Shown here piece after piece: positions 8,400-16,668 of a stretch of 64,000 nucleotides of DNA. The notes under the pieces are model-generated. The model saw nothing but the letters and a program-made list of their open reading frames with translations, had not been told where the DNA came from and did not search any database. The translations under genes and the position numbers were made by a program. How positions within the stretch are numbered: position 1 is the stretch's first letter; each line of letters opens with the position of its first letter. The stretch spans positions 9,037 to 73,036 of the forward strand of contig CAZRKH010000091.1 of the NCBI GenBank assembly GCA_964600785.1, written 5' to 3'. Origin of the DNA: an uncultured Chitinophagaceae bacterium (GTDB lineage Bacteria > Planctomycetota > Planctomycetia > Pirellulales > UBA1268).

Positions 8400-9065
8400 C
8401 TATCGCGAACGGCGGGCAGCCGGCAGGATCCGCCAGGCCATTCCCGCCACGCCGCCGCCGGCCAGCGGGCCGGCCAGACCGATCCAGAGCGTGGCGAAGT
8501 CGCCGCTGCCGACCGCCGAGGCGAGGGCCCTCGCGGGGTTCATGGCGGCCCCGGTCCAGGGGATCCCGGCGATCGCCAGCCCGGCAACCGCCAATCCGAC
8601 CACCAGCGGGGCCGCCCCGCCCATGCGGCCATCGACAACGCACGACAGGAAGGTCAAGGCCCAGACCGCCGCCAACACCGCCTCGACCACCACGGCCTTT
8701 GTCGGGTCGGCCAGCGAGAGTTCCCCGACCGGCAGGCCGACCGCCGTGCCCGCGTCGGCCAGCAGCCAGGCCGCCAGCCCTCCGGCGATCGCTCCACCGA
8801 GGCACTGCCCGACGAGGCACGCAACAAGCCTCGGCAGGCTCGCGTTGCCGGTGGCGAAGACCGCCAGCGTGACTGCCGGGTTGGCCTGCACCGCCCCCGC
8901 CCGGCCGAAGGCATACATCGCCGCCATCACTCCCAGGCCGTAGGCCAGGCCGCCCGCCAGCCTTCCGGCGTCGCCGTCGGTGCTGCCGCTGCTCGCCAGA
9001 ATCACCACCAGGCAGACCGCGAGCGATGCTGCCGCTTCGATGATCAGCCGCCTGAGGAGTTCCAT
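8400..9065 (-). CDS. MIP-family channel (aquaporin/glycerol facilitator-like)
   Basis: 221 aa and about 6 TM segments, with the two canonical NPA boxes (..VQANPAVTLA.. and ..AAMNPARALA..). Confidence 0.85.
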   Translation of the reverse strand: MELLRRLIIEAAASLAVCLVVILASSGSTDGDAGRLAGGLAYGLGVMAAMYAFGRAGAVQANPAVTLAVFATGNASLPRLVACLVGQCLGGAIAGGLAAWLLADAGTAVGLPVGELSLADPTKAVVVEAVLAAVWALTFLSCVVDGRMGGAAPLVVGLAVAGLAIAGIPWTGAAMNPARALASAVGSGDFATLWIGLAGPLAGGGVAGMAWRILPAARRSR

Positions 9066-9110
9066 CGGTGCTCGGCAAAACGGTGTGCGACCGCGATGGG
9101 GTCGCCTGAG

Positions 9111-9593
9111 TCAGCAGTTGAGCAGTTCGGCGTTGGCCAGCCAGACCAGTTCGCCCGCGTGGCCCAGCCCGTCATCGAGACGGATCGAGGCCACCGAGCC
9201 CTTCTGCATCCGCACCAACGCCGAGGTATTGCCGATGGCGGTGGCGACATGCCGCGAGACGCAGGGGTTGTGGCCCACCCAGGCGACCCGCATCGCCTCC
9301 TGCTCGAGCGTCCAGGCGGCGGTGGCATGCCAGTCGGAGCCCGGTGCGAGCAGATCGATCACCTCCAGTTCACAGCCACCAAGCCCGGCCGCCAGGATCT
9401 CCGCGGTCTCCCGGGCCCGCGGCAGCGGGCTTGTGGCGATCAGGTCGACCTGCATGCCGCCCTCGCGGAGCCGACGGGCCATCTTCTCAAACCGCCGGAT
9501 GCCCTTCTTGGTCAGCTGCCGCGAGAAGTCGGTGCCGTCGGCGGCCATGTCCTCGGCCCAGGCATGCCGCACGATGTAGAGATGGGTGGTCAT
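9111..9593 (-). CDS. histidine-phosphatase superfamily protein (SixA-like phosphohistidine phosphatase)
   Basis: MTTHLYIVRHAWAE... carries the RHG-type catalytic motif (here RHA), then ..ATSPLPRARETAEIL.. and ..VGHNP... ATG at 9593. The track ORF 5' extension was rejected. Confidence 0.75.
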   Translation of the reverse strand: MTTHLYIVRHAWAEDMAADGTDFSRQLTKKGIRRFEKMARRLREGGMQVDLIATSPLPRARETAEILAAGLGGCELEVIDLLAPGSDWHATAAWTLEQEAMRVAWVGHNPCVSRHVATAIGNTSALVRMQKGSVASIRLDDGLGHAGELVWLANAELLNC

Positions 9594-9719
9594 CGTGGCT
9601 ATCGCAACATCGCGGCTGGGAATCGGCAGGCGGCTCTCGTTCGCTGCGATTGTGCTTGCCGGCGACGTCGCGGGCAAACCCCTCACCGGCACGCCGGGTT
9701 CGGCAGGACACGCCGCAGC

Positions 9720-10697
9720 CTATTGCCGCCGCCAGAGCGTCGCCTCGTCGATGCCCAGGCGGCGGATCGCCCCGTCGGCCTCGGCCCTCCAGCGGCGGGC
9801 ATCGAGCGGGTAGCCGGCGGTGGGGGCGATGCCCGGAACCAGGCAGGCCCAGCGGCGGTTGAAGTGGTCCATCGCCATCTCGCGGACGAACTTTGCCGCC
9901 ATGCTTGCCAGGGCCACCGGCGGCCGTCGCTCCCCGCCCACGGAAAATCCGATCCATGTCGCCGCCGTATCCTGCGGGAAGAGCCCGGGTGCCGCGGCGA
10001 CCTCGTAGCTCGAACTGTCGGCCGCCTCGTTGAGCGTCTTGGCGACCCCGCCGAAGGCCCGGCCCACCGCGGCGGCATACCGCTTGCGACCGCCGTGGCG
10101 ATCGCAGTGGATTCTCGCCGGCCGGCGGCTGTCGTGACCGCGGACTCCGGCGGCGAGGGCGAGTGTCGTCCGCGAGAGGATGTCGGATTTGTTCTCGCCC
10201 GCCTCGAGCAGCCTGTTGAAGCAGGCCGGGTAGATGCCGTGGCACGCAAGCCCGACCAGCCGCACGCCCCCCGCTTCGAGCCGTCGGGCGATCGCTGCCG
10301 CGACGCTCTCGAGGGCGGCCGCGGCCGGGTCGTCGATCAGTTCGGCCTGCTCGATGCCCTCCCACTGCGTTCCCTCGCCGTCGGCCGGGTCGGGGGTGAT
10401 CCGGCCGACCGCCGCGGCGAGCGACCGCCACACCCGCGGCACGCTGCCGGAGATGATCGCGGCGGCGGCGAGCACGCCGCGGGCCAAGGGGCCGGCGGCC
10501 GGGTCGCCCCGCCGGAAGACCCGCTTGGAGTCGGCCCACACGATCCCGCCCTCGGCAAGGCCGCAAGCCACCGCCTCGGCGAGCCGATCGTCGGCCTGCC
10601 CGGCTGCCGCATCGACCTCCCAGGCGGTTGCCGCGACCACCAGCGGCCCGAGGTTGGGCCCGTAGCCGGCCTCGTCGGTGCCGATCACGAGCGTCAT
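9720..10697 (-). CDS. RNase HII-like (RNase H2 fold) protein, atypically long
   Basis: The N-terminus MTLVIGTDEAGYGPNLGPLVVAAT matches the RNase HII 'G.DEAGrGp..GP.v' catalytic Asp-Glu motif. The remaining about 280 aa is not confidently assignable. Its ATG overlaps the upstream gene's stop (ATGA at 10694-10697). Confidence 0.45.
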   Translation of the reverse strand: MTLVIGTDEAGYGPNLGPLVVAATAWEVDAAAGQADDRLAEAVACGLAEGGIVWADSKRVFRRGDPAAGPLARGVLAAAAIISGSVPRVWRSLAAAVGRITPDPADGEGTQWEGIEQAELIDDPAAAALESVAAAIARRLEAGGVRLVGLACHGIYPACFNRLLEAGENKSDILSRTTLALAAGVRGHDSRRPARIHCDRHGGRKRYAAAVGRAFGGVAKTLNEAADSSSYEVAAAPGLFPQDTAATWIGFSVGGERRPPVALASMAAKFVREMAMDHFNRRWACLVPGIAPTAGYPLDARRWRAEADGAIRRLGIDEATLWRRQ

Positions 10698-11200
10698 CCA
10701 CCACTCCCCGGATGCTGGCGGCAGTATTCGTAGATCGCGATCGCCGCGGAGGTTGCGGCATTGAGGCTGTGGGGCAGCCCCGCCATCGGGATCTCGGCCA
10801 CGCGGTCGAGCTTTGCGAGCACCTCCGGTTCGAGGCCGGTGCGTTCGTTGCCCACCACGAGGGCCGTCTTGTGAACGAAGGAGAATTCGAAAAGCGACTC
10901 CGACCCACTCGCCTGTTCAAGCCCCACCAGTTCATGGCCCTCCGCCCGCAGCCGATCGAGCACCGGTGGGAGGCTGCGGTGCACCTCGAGGACCACCTCG
11001 TCGGCTCCGTCACGGGCGATGCGTCGGTCGAGCCCGCCGGCGCCGCAGGCGATGACCCGGCCGATCCCGAAGCAGCCGCAGCTCCGCACGATATGGGAGA
11101 GGTTCACCCGGCTCCGCATCACGGCGCAGGCCACCACCAGGCCGCGGGCTTCCGCCGGGCGGCTCGGCGGGCGGTGGCGGACGTGTGCGAAACGAGGCAT
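10694..11200 (-). CDS. SpoU/TrmH-family RNA 2'-O-methyltransferase
   Basis: ..NLSHIVRSCGCFGIGRVI.., ..ALVVGNERTGLEPEVL.. and ..IPMAGLPHSLNAATSAAIAIYE are the three SPOUT motifs. ATG at 11200. Confidence 0.75.
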   Translation of the reverse strand: MPRFAHVRHRPPSRPAEARGLVVACAVMRSRVNLSHIVRSCGCFGIGRVIACGAGGLDRRIARDGADEVVLEVHRSLPPVLDRLRAEGHELVGLEQASGSESLFEFSFVHKTALVVGNERTGLEPEVLAKLDRVAEIPMAGLPHSLNAATSAAIAIYEYCRQHPGSGG

Positions 11201-11312
11201 CGCTGAGGACGGCGGGAATTCGCCGCGGTACGATTGGCGGCGGCGGTAATCCGATCCTAGCCGACCGTGGACAAAGTGACCCGCCGAACATCTCCCCGCA
11301 GGAACCGGCCCC

Positions 11313-11855
11313 ATGCGAACGCCCCTTGGAATCTCCGCGATCTGCCTGCTCGTGTCCGCTGCCGCCACGGCCGGCTGCCGAGAGGCCCCGCCGCCGGCGG
11401 TTACCCTGCAGGTGGTCGATCATGCCGGGCTGCTTGCGAAGGTCGAATCATTTCGCGGGAAGGTCGTGGTGCTCGACTGCTGGAGCACCTCCTGCCCGCC
11501 GTGCGTCAAGGAGTTTCCCAGGCTGCTGGAGTTGGCCGCGAGGTATCCCGACGACCTCGCCTGCCTCTCGCTCTCGCTCGACTACGAGGGGATCGGCGAT
11601 GTCGACGAGGTGATCCCTCGCGTCCGCGGCTTTCTCGAAAAGGTCGATGCCCGCATCACCAACCTCCTCTCCGGCGAGGAGGCCGACGCGATGCTCGACA
11701 AGCTCGAGCTGGTGAGCGTGCCAGGGGTGTTCGTCTACGGTCGCGACGGGAAGCTGCTCGAGCGGTATGACGACGACATGGCCGCCACGCGGTTGGGCCG
11801 CGGCTTTACCTACGAGGATGTCGAGCAGACGGTCCGGGACGCGATCGGGCCGTGA
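11313..11855 (+). CDS. TlpA/redoxin-family thiol:disulfide oxidoreductase lipoprotein
   Basis: Signal plus lipobox (..AAATAGC) and a thioredoxin-fold active site WSTSCPPCVKEFP. Confidence 0.8.
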   Translation: MRTPLGISAICLLVSAAATAGCREAPPPAVTLQVVDHAGLLAKVESFRGKVVVLDCWSTSCPPCVKEFPRLLELAARYPDDLACLSLSLDYEGIGDVDEVIPRVRGFLEKVDARITNLLSGEEADAMLDKLELVSVPGVFVYGRDGKLLERYDDDMAATRLGRGFTYEDVEQTVRDAIGP

Positions 11856-11893
11856 CGGCGGCGGGCCTGCGCGTGCTGCGGAGATGACAAGAC

Positions 11894-13864
11894 ATGATGC
11901 CCAGCCGAGTTCGAGATTTCCTGCCCTGGCTGCTGCTGGGGCTGCTGGCTCTCGTGGCGGGCTGGGGCCTCTGGTTTCCCGCCGAGCGGGAGGCCGACTT
12001 CGCCTTCATCAACGGCACGGAGCCGGAGAGCCTCGACCCGCAGCTGATCACCGGCCAGCCCGAGGGCCGGCTCGCCGCGGCGCTCTTCGAACGGCTCGTG
12101 CGGTGGGATCCCCGTTCCCTGGCGGTGATTCCCGGTTTGGCCGAGTCGTGGGAAGTCTCCGACGACGCCATGCGTTACAGCTTTACGCTCCGCGAGGCGG
12201 TCTGGTCCGACGGCACACCACTCGACGCGGAGTGCGTGGTCGCCTCGTGGCGACGGATGCTCGACCCGGCCACCGCGGCTGAATACGCCTATCAGCTGTG
12301 GGCGATCAAAGGCGCGAGGGCGTACAGCAGCGGCCGGATCGCCGGTGGTGACCCCGTCGAAATCGAGCTGGATCGGACCGATCCGGCCCGTCCGCACGGC
12401 CGCGGGCCTGTCCTGCGGGGCGTGGCGTCGTGGGTCGGGCCGGCAGGGCGGCTGCCGCCATTCGACGGCCCGCCCGATCCTGCGGCCGGGTGGTCAGCCG
12501 GCGAGGCCGGCTTCTTCGGCGGCGAGGGGGAGCAGGCCCGCGTGGTGGTGGTCGAGGGTGTCTGCTACGCGCCGCCGGATCACCCGCTCGTCGGCGAGGG
12601 ACGGGCGACCGCCGCCCGCGCCGTGCTGCCCGACTTCAAGAAGTCTGTCGGCATCGCCGCGGACGGACCCCGCAGGCTGCTGGTGACCCTCGAGCATTCC
12701 ACGCCCTACTTCCTCCACCTGTGCGGCTTCTATCCGCTCTCGCCGGTGCCGATCCATGTCATCGAGCAGCATGGCTCGCCGGCCTGGACCAAGCCCGGCA
12801 CCCTCGTGGCCAGCGGACCCTACCGTCTCGGCTTCCGCCGGCTGCGTGACCGGGTGCGGCTGATCCGCAACGACCGCTACTTCAATGCCGAGGCCACCAG
12901 GCTGAAGGTCGTCGACGCGATGGCGGTCGAGTCGGCGGCGACGGCCCTGGCTCTCTTTGAAACCGCCGCGGTCGACTGGTCGACGACACTGCCCCCCTTC
13001 GTGGCCCGCACCCTCGCCTCGCGTGGCGATGAGAGCCTGCGGCTCTCGGAGGAACTGACGATCGGCTTCTACCGCCTCAACACCACCCGGCCACCGCTCG
13101 ATGATGCCCGCGTGCGGCGGGCCCTCTCGCTGGCCCTCGATCGCCGGAGCATCGTGGATGCCGTCTACGGCCCCGGCGAGCCGGTCTCGCTGAGCTTCGT
13201 GCCCGCCGGGCTCGAGCAGGCGACCGGCTACCGCCCCGCCCAGACCGCCCCGAGGAACCCTGACGAGGCCCGCCGGCTGCTCGCGGAGGCCGGCTATCCT
13301 GGCGGCCGCGGCTTTCCGCGGATCACGATCAGTTTCAATGCCGACGAGGGCCATCAGATGGTCGCCGAGATCGCCCAGGCCCAGTGGAAGGAGGTGCTGG
13401 GGATCGACGCGGAACTCGCCTCGATGGAGTGGGGAGCCTTCCTCGATTCCCAGAGCCGTCTCGACTACTGGGTGGCCCGGGCAGGCTGGGTCGGCGATTA
13501 CGTCGACCCCAACACCTTCCTCGATCTGTTCGTCAGCGGCGGCGCCAACAACCAGACCGGCTTCGCCTCGTCCGACTACGATCGGCTGGTGGCCGACGCC
13601 GCGGAGGCGACCGACCCGGCGGTGCGACACGGGCTCTTCCACGAGGCCGAGGAAATTCTGATGCGGGAGCTTCCGGTGCTGCCTCTGTTCACCCGCACGA
13701 GCAAAAACCTGGTGGCCCCGTGGGTCGAGGGCTTCACCGACAACCCGCTCGACATTCATCCTCTCGACCGGCTCGGCGTCGATGCCGCGATGCGGCAGGA
13801 GGCCCGCCGCCGCCGCCGGCTGCCGGCGGGGCAGGCGGCAGCAGCCGTGGGGGTGACGCGATGA
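11894..13864 (+). CDS. ABC transporter substrate-binding protein, family 5 (peptide/nickel, OppA/DppA-like)
   Basis: 656 aa with an N-terminal TM/signal. Family-5 SBP motifs include ..INGTEPESLDPQ.., ..LVRWDP..LAESWEVSDD...YTFTLR....WSDG and ..FN.D..H...AE..Q..W...LGI...L..MEW..F. Confidence 0.85.
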   Translation: MMPSRVRDFLPWLLLGLLALVAGWGLWFPAEREADFAFINGTEPESLDPQLITGQPEGRLAAALFERLVRWDPRSLAVIPGLAESWEVSDDAMRYSFTLREAVWSDGTPLDAECVVASWRRMLDPATAAEYAYQLWAIKGARAYSSGRIAGGDPVEIELDRTDPARPHGRGPVLRGVASWVGPAGRLPPFDGPPDPAAGWSAGEAGFFGGEGEQARVVVVEGVCYAPPDHPLVGEGRATAARAVLPDFKKSVGIAADGPRRLLVTLEHSTPYFLHLCGFYPLSPVPIHVIEQHGSPAWTKPGTLVASGPYRLGFRRLRDRVRLIRNDRYFNAEATRLKVVDAMAVESAATALALFETAAVDWSTTLPPFVARTLASRGDESLRLSEELTIGFYRLNTTRPPLDDARVRRALSLALDRRSIVDAVYGPGEPVSLSFVPAGLEQATGYRPAQTAPRNPDEARRLLAEAGYPGGRGFPRITISFNADEGHQMVAEIAQAQWKEVLGIDAELASMEWGAFLDSQSRLDYWVARAGWVGDYVDPNTFLDLFVSGGANNQTGFASSDYDRLVADAAEATDPAVRHGLFHEAEEILMRELPVLPLFTRTSKNLVAPWVEGFTDNPLDIHPLDRLGVDAAMRQEARRRRRLPAGQAAAAVGVTR

Positions 13865-14781
13865 TCGGCTTTCTCATCCGCCGGGTCTGCTGGCTGGCCA
13901 TCACGCTGCTGGCGGTCTATACCGCCACCTTCTTTCTGATGCGGGCGGTGCCCGGCGGACCCTTCTCGGCGGAGCGACAGCCCCCGCCGGAGATCCGCGA
14001 GGCGATCGCCCGCCGTTACCAGCTGGATGCCCCCCTGGCCAGGCAGTACCTCGACGAACTCGGCCGGCTCATGTGGGGCGACATGGGAATGAGCTTCCGC
14101 CTGGCCGACTACTCGGTGGCCGAGGTGATCGCCGAGGGCTGGCCGGCGACCGCCACGCTCGGCGCGGTGGCGATCACGCTGGCGGTGCTCGTCGGCGGGG
14201 CGGCGGGGCTGCTCTCGGCGGCCCGGCCCGGCGGGATGGTCGACACGGCGGTGCGGGCGGTGGCGATGGTGGGCATCTCGGTGCCGAGCTTTGCCCTGGC
14301 GGGGCTGGCGGTGCTGCTGGTGGTCTACCGTTGGCGGCTGCTGCCGGCGGCGGGATGGGGCACGCTGCCACAACTGCTGCTGCCGGCCGGCTGTCTGGCG
14401 GCCGTCTATGCCGCCGAGGTGGCCAGGCTCGTGCGGTCGGGCGTCGTCGAGGCCCTCCAGAGCGACTGGGTCCGCACCGCGAGGGCCAAGGGGGCCGATC
14501 GAAAGCGGATTCTCCTGCACCATGCCCTGCGGGGGGCGGTCGGGCCGCTGGTGAGCTTTCTGGGTCCGGCGATCGCGGGCATCCTCACCGGCAGCGTGGT
14601 GGTGGAAAAAGTCTTCGCGATCCCCGGTATCGGCTACCACTTCATCGAGGCGGCCACCCAGCGTGACTACACCCTGGCGATGGGTCTGGTGCTGCTCTAC
14701 ACGCTGCTGTTGGGCATGACCGGGATCCTCGTCGACCTGGTGCAGGCGGCCCTCGACCCGCGGATCGAACTCCAGCGATAG
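13861..14781 (+). CDS. ABC transporter permease (OppB/DppB-like)
   Basis: MIGFLIRRVCWLAITLL.. with the binding-protein-dependent transport EAA loop ..SDWVRTARAKGADRKRILLHHALRGAV... Its ATG overlaps the SBP stop (ATGA at 13861-13864). Confidence 0.9.
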   Translation: MIGFLIRRVCWLAITLLAVYTATFFLMRAVPGGPFSAERQPPPEIREAIARRYQLDAPLARQYLDELGRLMWGDMGMSFRLADYSVAEVIAEGWPATATLGAVAITLAVLVGGAAGLLSAARPGGMVDTAVRAVAMVGISVPSFALAGLAVLLVVYRWRLLPAAGWGTLPQLLLPAGCLAAVYAAEVARLVRSGVVEALQSDWVRTARAKGADRKRILLHHALRGAVGPLVSFLGPAIAGILTGSVVVEKVFAIPGIGYHFIEAATQRDYTLAMGLVLLYTLLLGMTGILVDLVQAALDPRIELQR

Positions 14782-14795
14782 CAGGCCCCCAGGGC

Positions 14796-15854
14796 GTGGA
14801 TGACTCGATGCAGCCAACGGCCACCATCTCACCCGGCAGTTCCCCCTGGCTGTCGCTGCCGGCAAGCGGTCGGCTGGCGGCGGGCCTGCTTGCCTTGGCG
14901 GTGTTCGTGGCGGTCTTCGTGCCGCTGGCGCCGCTCCCCTCGCCGCGGCTGGTCGATACCTCGCGGACGCTCGAGCCTCCGCTGGCCGGAGCGGTGGTGG
15001 AGCGGCTGGCCGGCCTGGCCGCCCGCGAGGGAGAGCAGCCGGGCGTCTGGATCGAGCGAAACTTCGGCAGCCTGGGACCCTTCTCGCGGCTGCTGGTGCG
15101 GGCCCGGGTGGCACTCTTTGGCGACCTCGCCCTCTCCGGCCTGTTGGGCCGCGACGAACTCGGCCGCGACCTGCTGGCGAGGGTCGCCTGGGGGGCGAGG
15201 GTTTCCCTGGCGGCCGCGGCGGTGGCCGCGGCGGTGACGCTGGCAATCGGTGTGCCCTTCGGAGCAATCGCCGGCTGGGCGGGCGGCTGGATCGACGAGG
15301 CGATGATGCGGGCGGTTGACGTGCTCGACTCGATTCCACTGGTGTTCCTGGTGGTCTTCCTGGTGACGGTCCTCGGCGAAGACTCCGTGCGGCTCGCGCT
15401 GGACTCCCTGGGCATCGGCCGGCTGGCGATCTTCTTTTGCGTCGTGGGGGCGGTGAGCTGGCTGTCGATGGCCCGCATCGTCCGCGGTCGGGTGCTGAGC
15501 CTGCGGGATGCCTCGTTCGTGGAAGCCGCCCGGGCCGCCGGGGCCGGGCCGCTGCGGATGCTCTTTCGGCACGTCGTGCCGAACCTCGTGGGCACGGTGG
15601 TGGTCACCCTCTCGCTGACGGTGCCGCGGGTGATGCTCTTTGAGAGTTTTCTCTCGTTTCTCGGCCTGGGCGTGCAGCCGCCGGACGTCTCCTGGGGGCT
15701 CCTGGCGAATGCCGGTTTGCGGGCCTTGGTGCCGATCCAGCCGGCCTGGTGGCTCTTTGTCTTTCCCTGTGCCGCTTTGGCGGTGACCCTCCTGGCCCTC
15801 GGATTTCTCGGCGATGCCCTCGAGGCCGCCCTCGACCCGCGTCGGCGGAGGTGA
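14796..15854 (+). CDS. ABC transporter permease (OppC/DppC-like)
   Basis: ..LLGRDELGRDLLARVAWGARVSL.. and the EAA loop ..SFVEAARAAGAGPLRMLFRHVVPNL... No ATPase gene follows. Confidence 0.9.
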   Translation: MDDSMQPTATISPGSSPWLSLPASGRLAAGLLALAVFVAVFVPLAPLPSPRLVDTSRTLEPPLAGAVVERLAGLAAREGEQPGVWIERNFGSLGPFSRLLVRARVALFGDLALSGLLGRDELGRDLLARVAWGARVSLAAAAVAAAVTLAIGVPFGAIAGWAGGWIDEAMMRAVDVLDSIPLVFLVVFLVTVLGEDSVRLALDSLGIGRLAIFFCVVGAVSWLSMARIVRGRVLSLRDASFVEAARAAGAGPLRMLFRHVVPNLVGTVVVTLSLTVPRVMLFESFLSFLGLGVQPPDVSWGLLANAGLRALVPIQPAWWLFVFPCAALAVTLLALGFLGDALEAALDPRRRR

Positions 15855-15983
15855 CTGCCGGGGTCATCGGGTAGACTGCCAGCTCGACCCGCCGGCCGCA
15901 GGATGACCGCGGGCATGGGAACGAATCGGCCCTGGCCGGCTGCTGTCACGGGCCTGGCAGACCCCTCTGAGAGGAAGCGAGCG

Positions 15984-16625
15984 ATGGTGCGGATTGAGAA
16001 GCGGGGCGGCTGCTCCGGACGATGGCTTACAGCCCAGGTGATTCTGGCGGTGGCTGCCCTGGCCGGCGGCTGCTGGTCCGGCCGGCCGGCGAGGGTCGTG
16101 CCTCCGGCGATGGATCCGCAGACGGTCGTCGACGCGGTGATGCAAAAAGCCGATGCCAATGGTGATGGCCGGATCGCCGGGGATGAGTTTGATGCGTTGC
16201 CCGCGGTCGGGTTCGCCCGCGAAGCGTTCGACAGGGACGACGACAAGGCGATCTCCCGCGAAGAACTGCTCACCTGGCTGGAGGAGGTGAGGGAATCCCG
16301 CGTGGCGATCACCAGCTTCGCCGCGGAGATCAAGCACAAAGGGCGGCCGCTCTCGGGAGCCACGGTGCGACTGATTCCCGAGGAGGTGATGGGCGGCACC
16401 ATGCAGCAGGCCGAAGGCACCACCGACGAGAACGGCATGGCGATGGTCTCGATACCCGGCGGTGAGTATCCCGGTGTCAACTGCGGCCTCTACCGGGTCG
16501 AGGTCAGCGGTACCGGCAACGACGGCAAGCCGCTCCCGGCGGTCTACAATTCCCAGTCCCGGCTGGGTGTGTCCGTGGGCGGCGGTGCGATCGAACACGG
16601 GATGATCGTCTTCGACCTCGACTGA
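15984..16625 (+). CDS. lipoprotein with two EF-hand Ca-binding loops and a C-terminal carboxypeptidase-regulatory-like beta-sandwich
   Basis: ATG at 15984 preceded by GAGGAAG. Lipobox LAGGC. EF-hand loops DANGDGRIAGDE and DRDDDKAISREE. The C-terminus ..GATVRLIPEE..TTDENGMAMVSIPGG.Y.. is CarboxypepD_reg-like. Confidence 0.6.
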   Translation: MVRIEKRGGCSGRWLTAQVILAVAALAGGCWSGRPARVVPPAMDPQTVVDAVMQKADANGDGRIAGDEFDALPAVGFAREAFDRDDDKAISREELLTWLEEVRESRVAITSFAAEIKHKGRPLSGATVRLIPEEVMGGTMQQAEGTTDENGMAMVSIPGGEYPGVNCGLYRVEVSGTGNDGKPLPAVYNSQSRLGVSVGGGAIEHGMIVFDLD

Positions 16626-16668
16626 TCTGTTTGCCCTCCCGGCTCTGACGGCTATCAGGAGTGAACGC

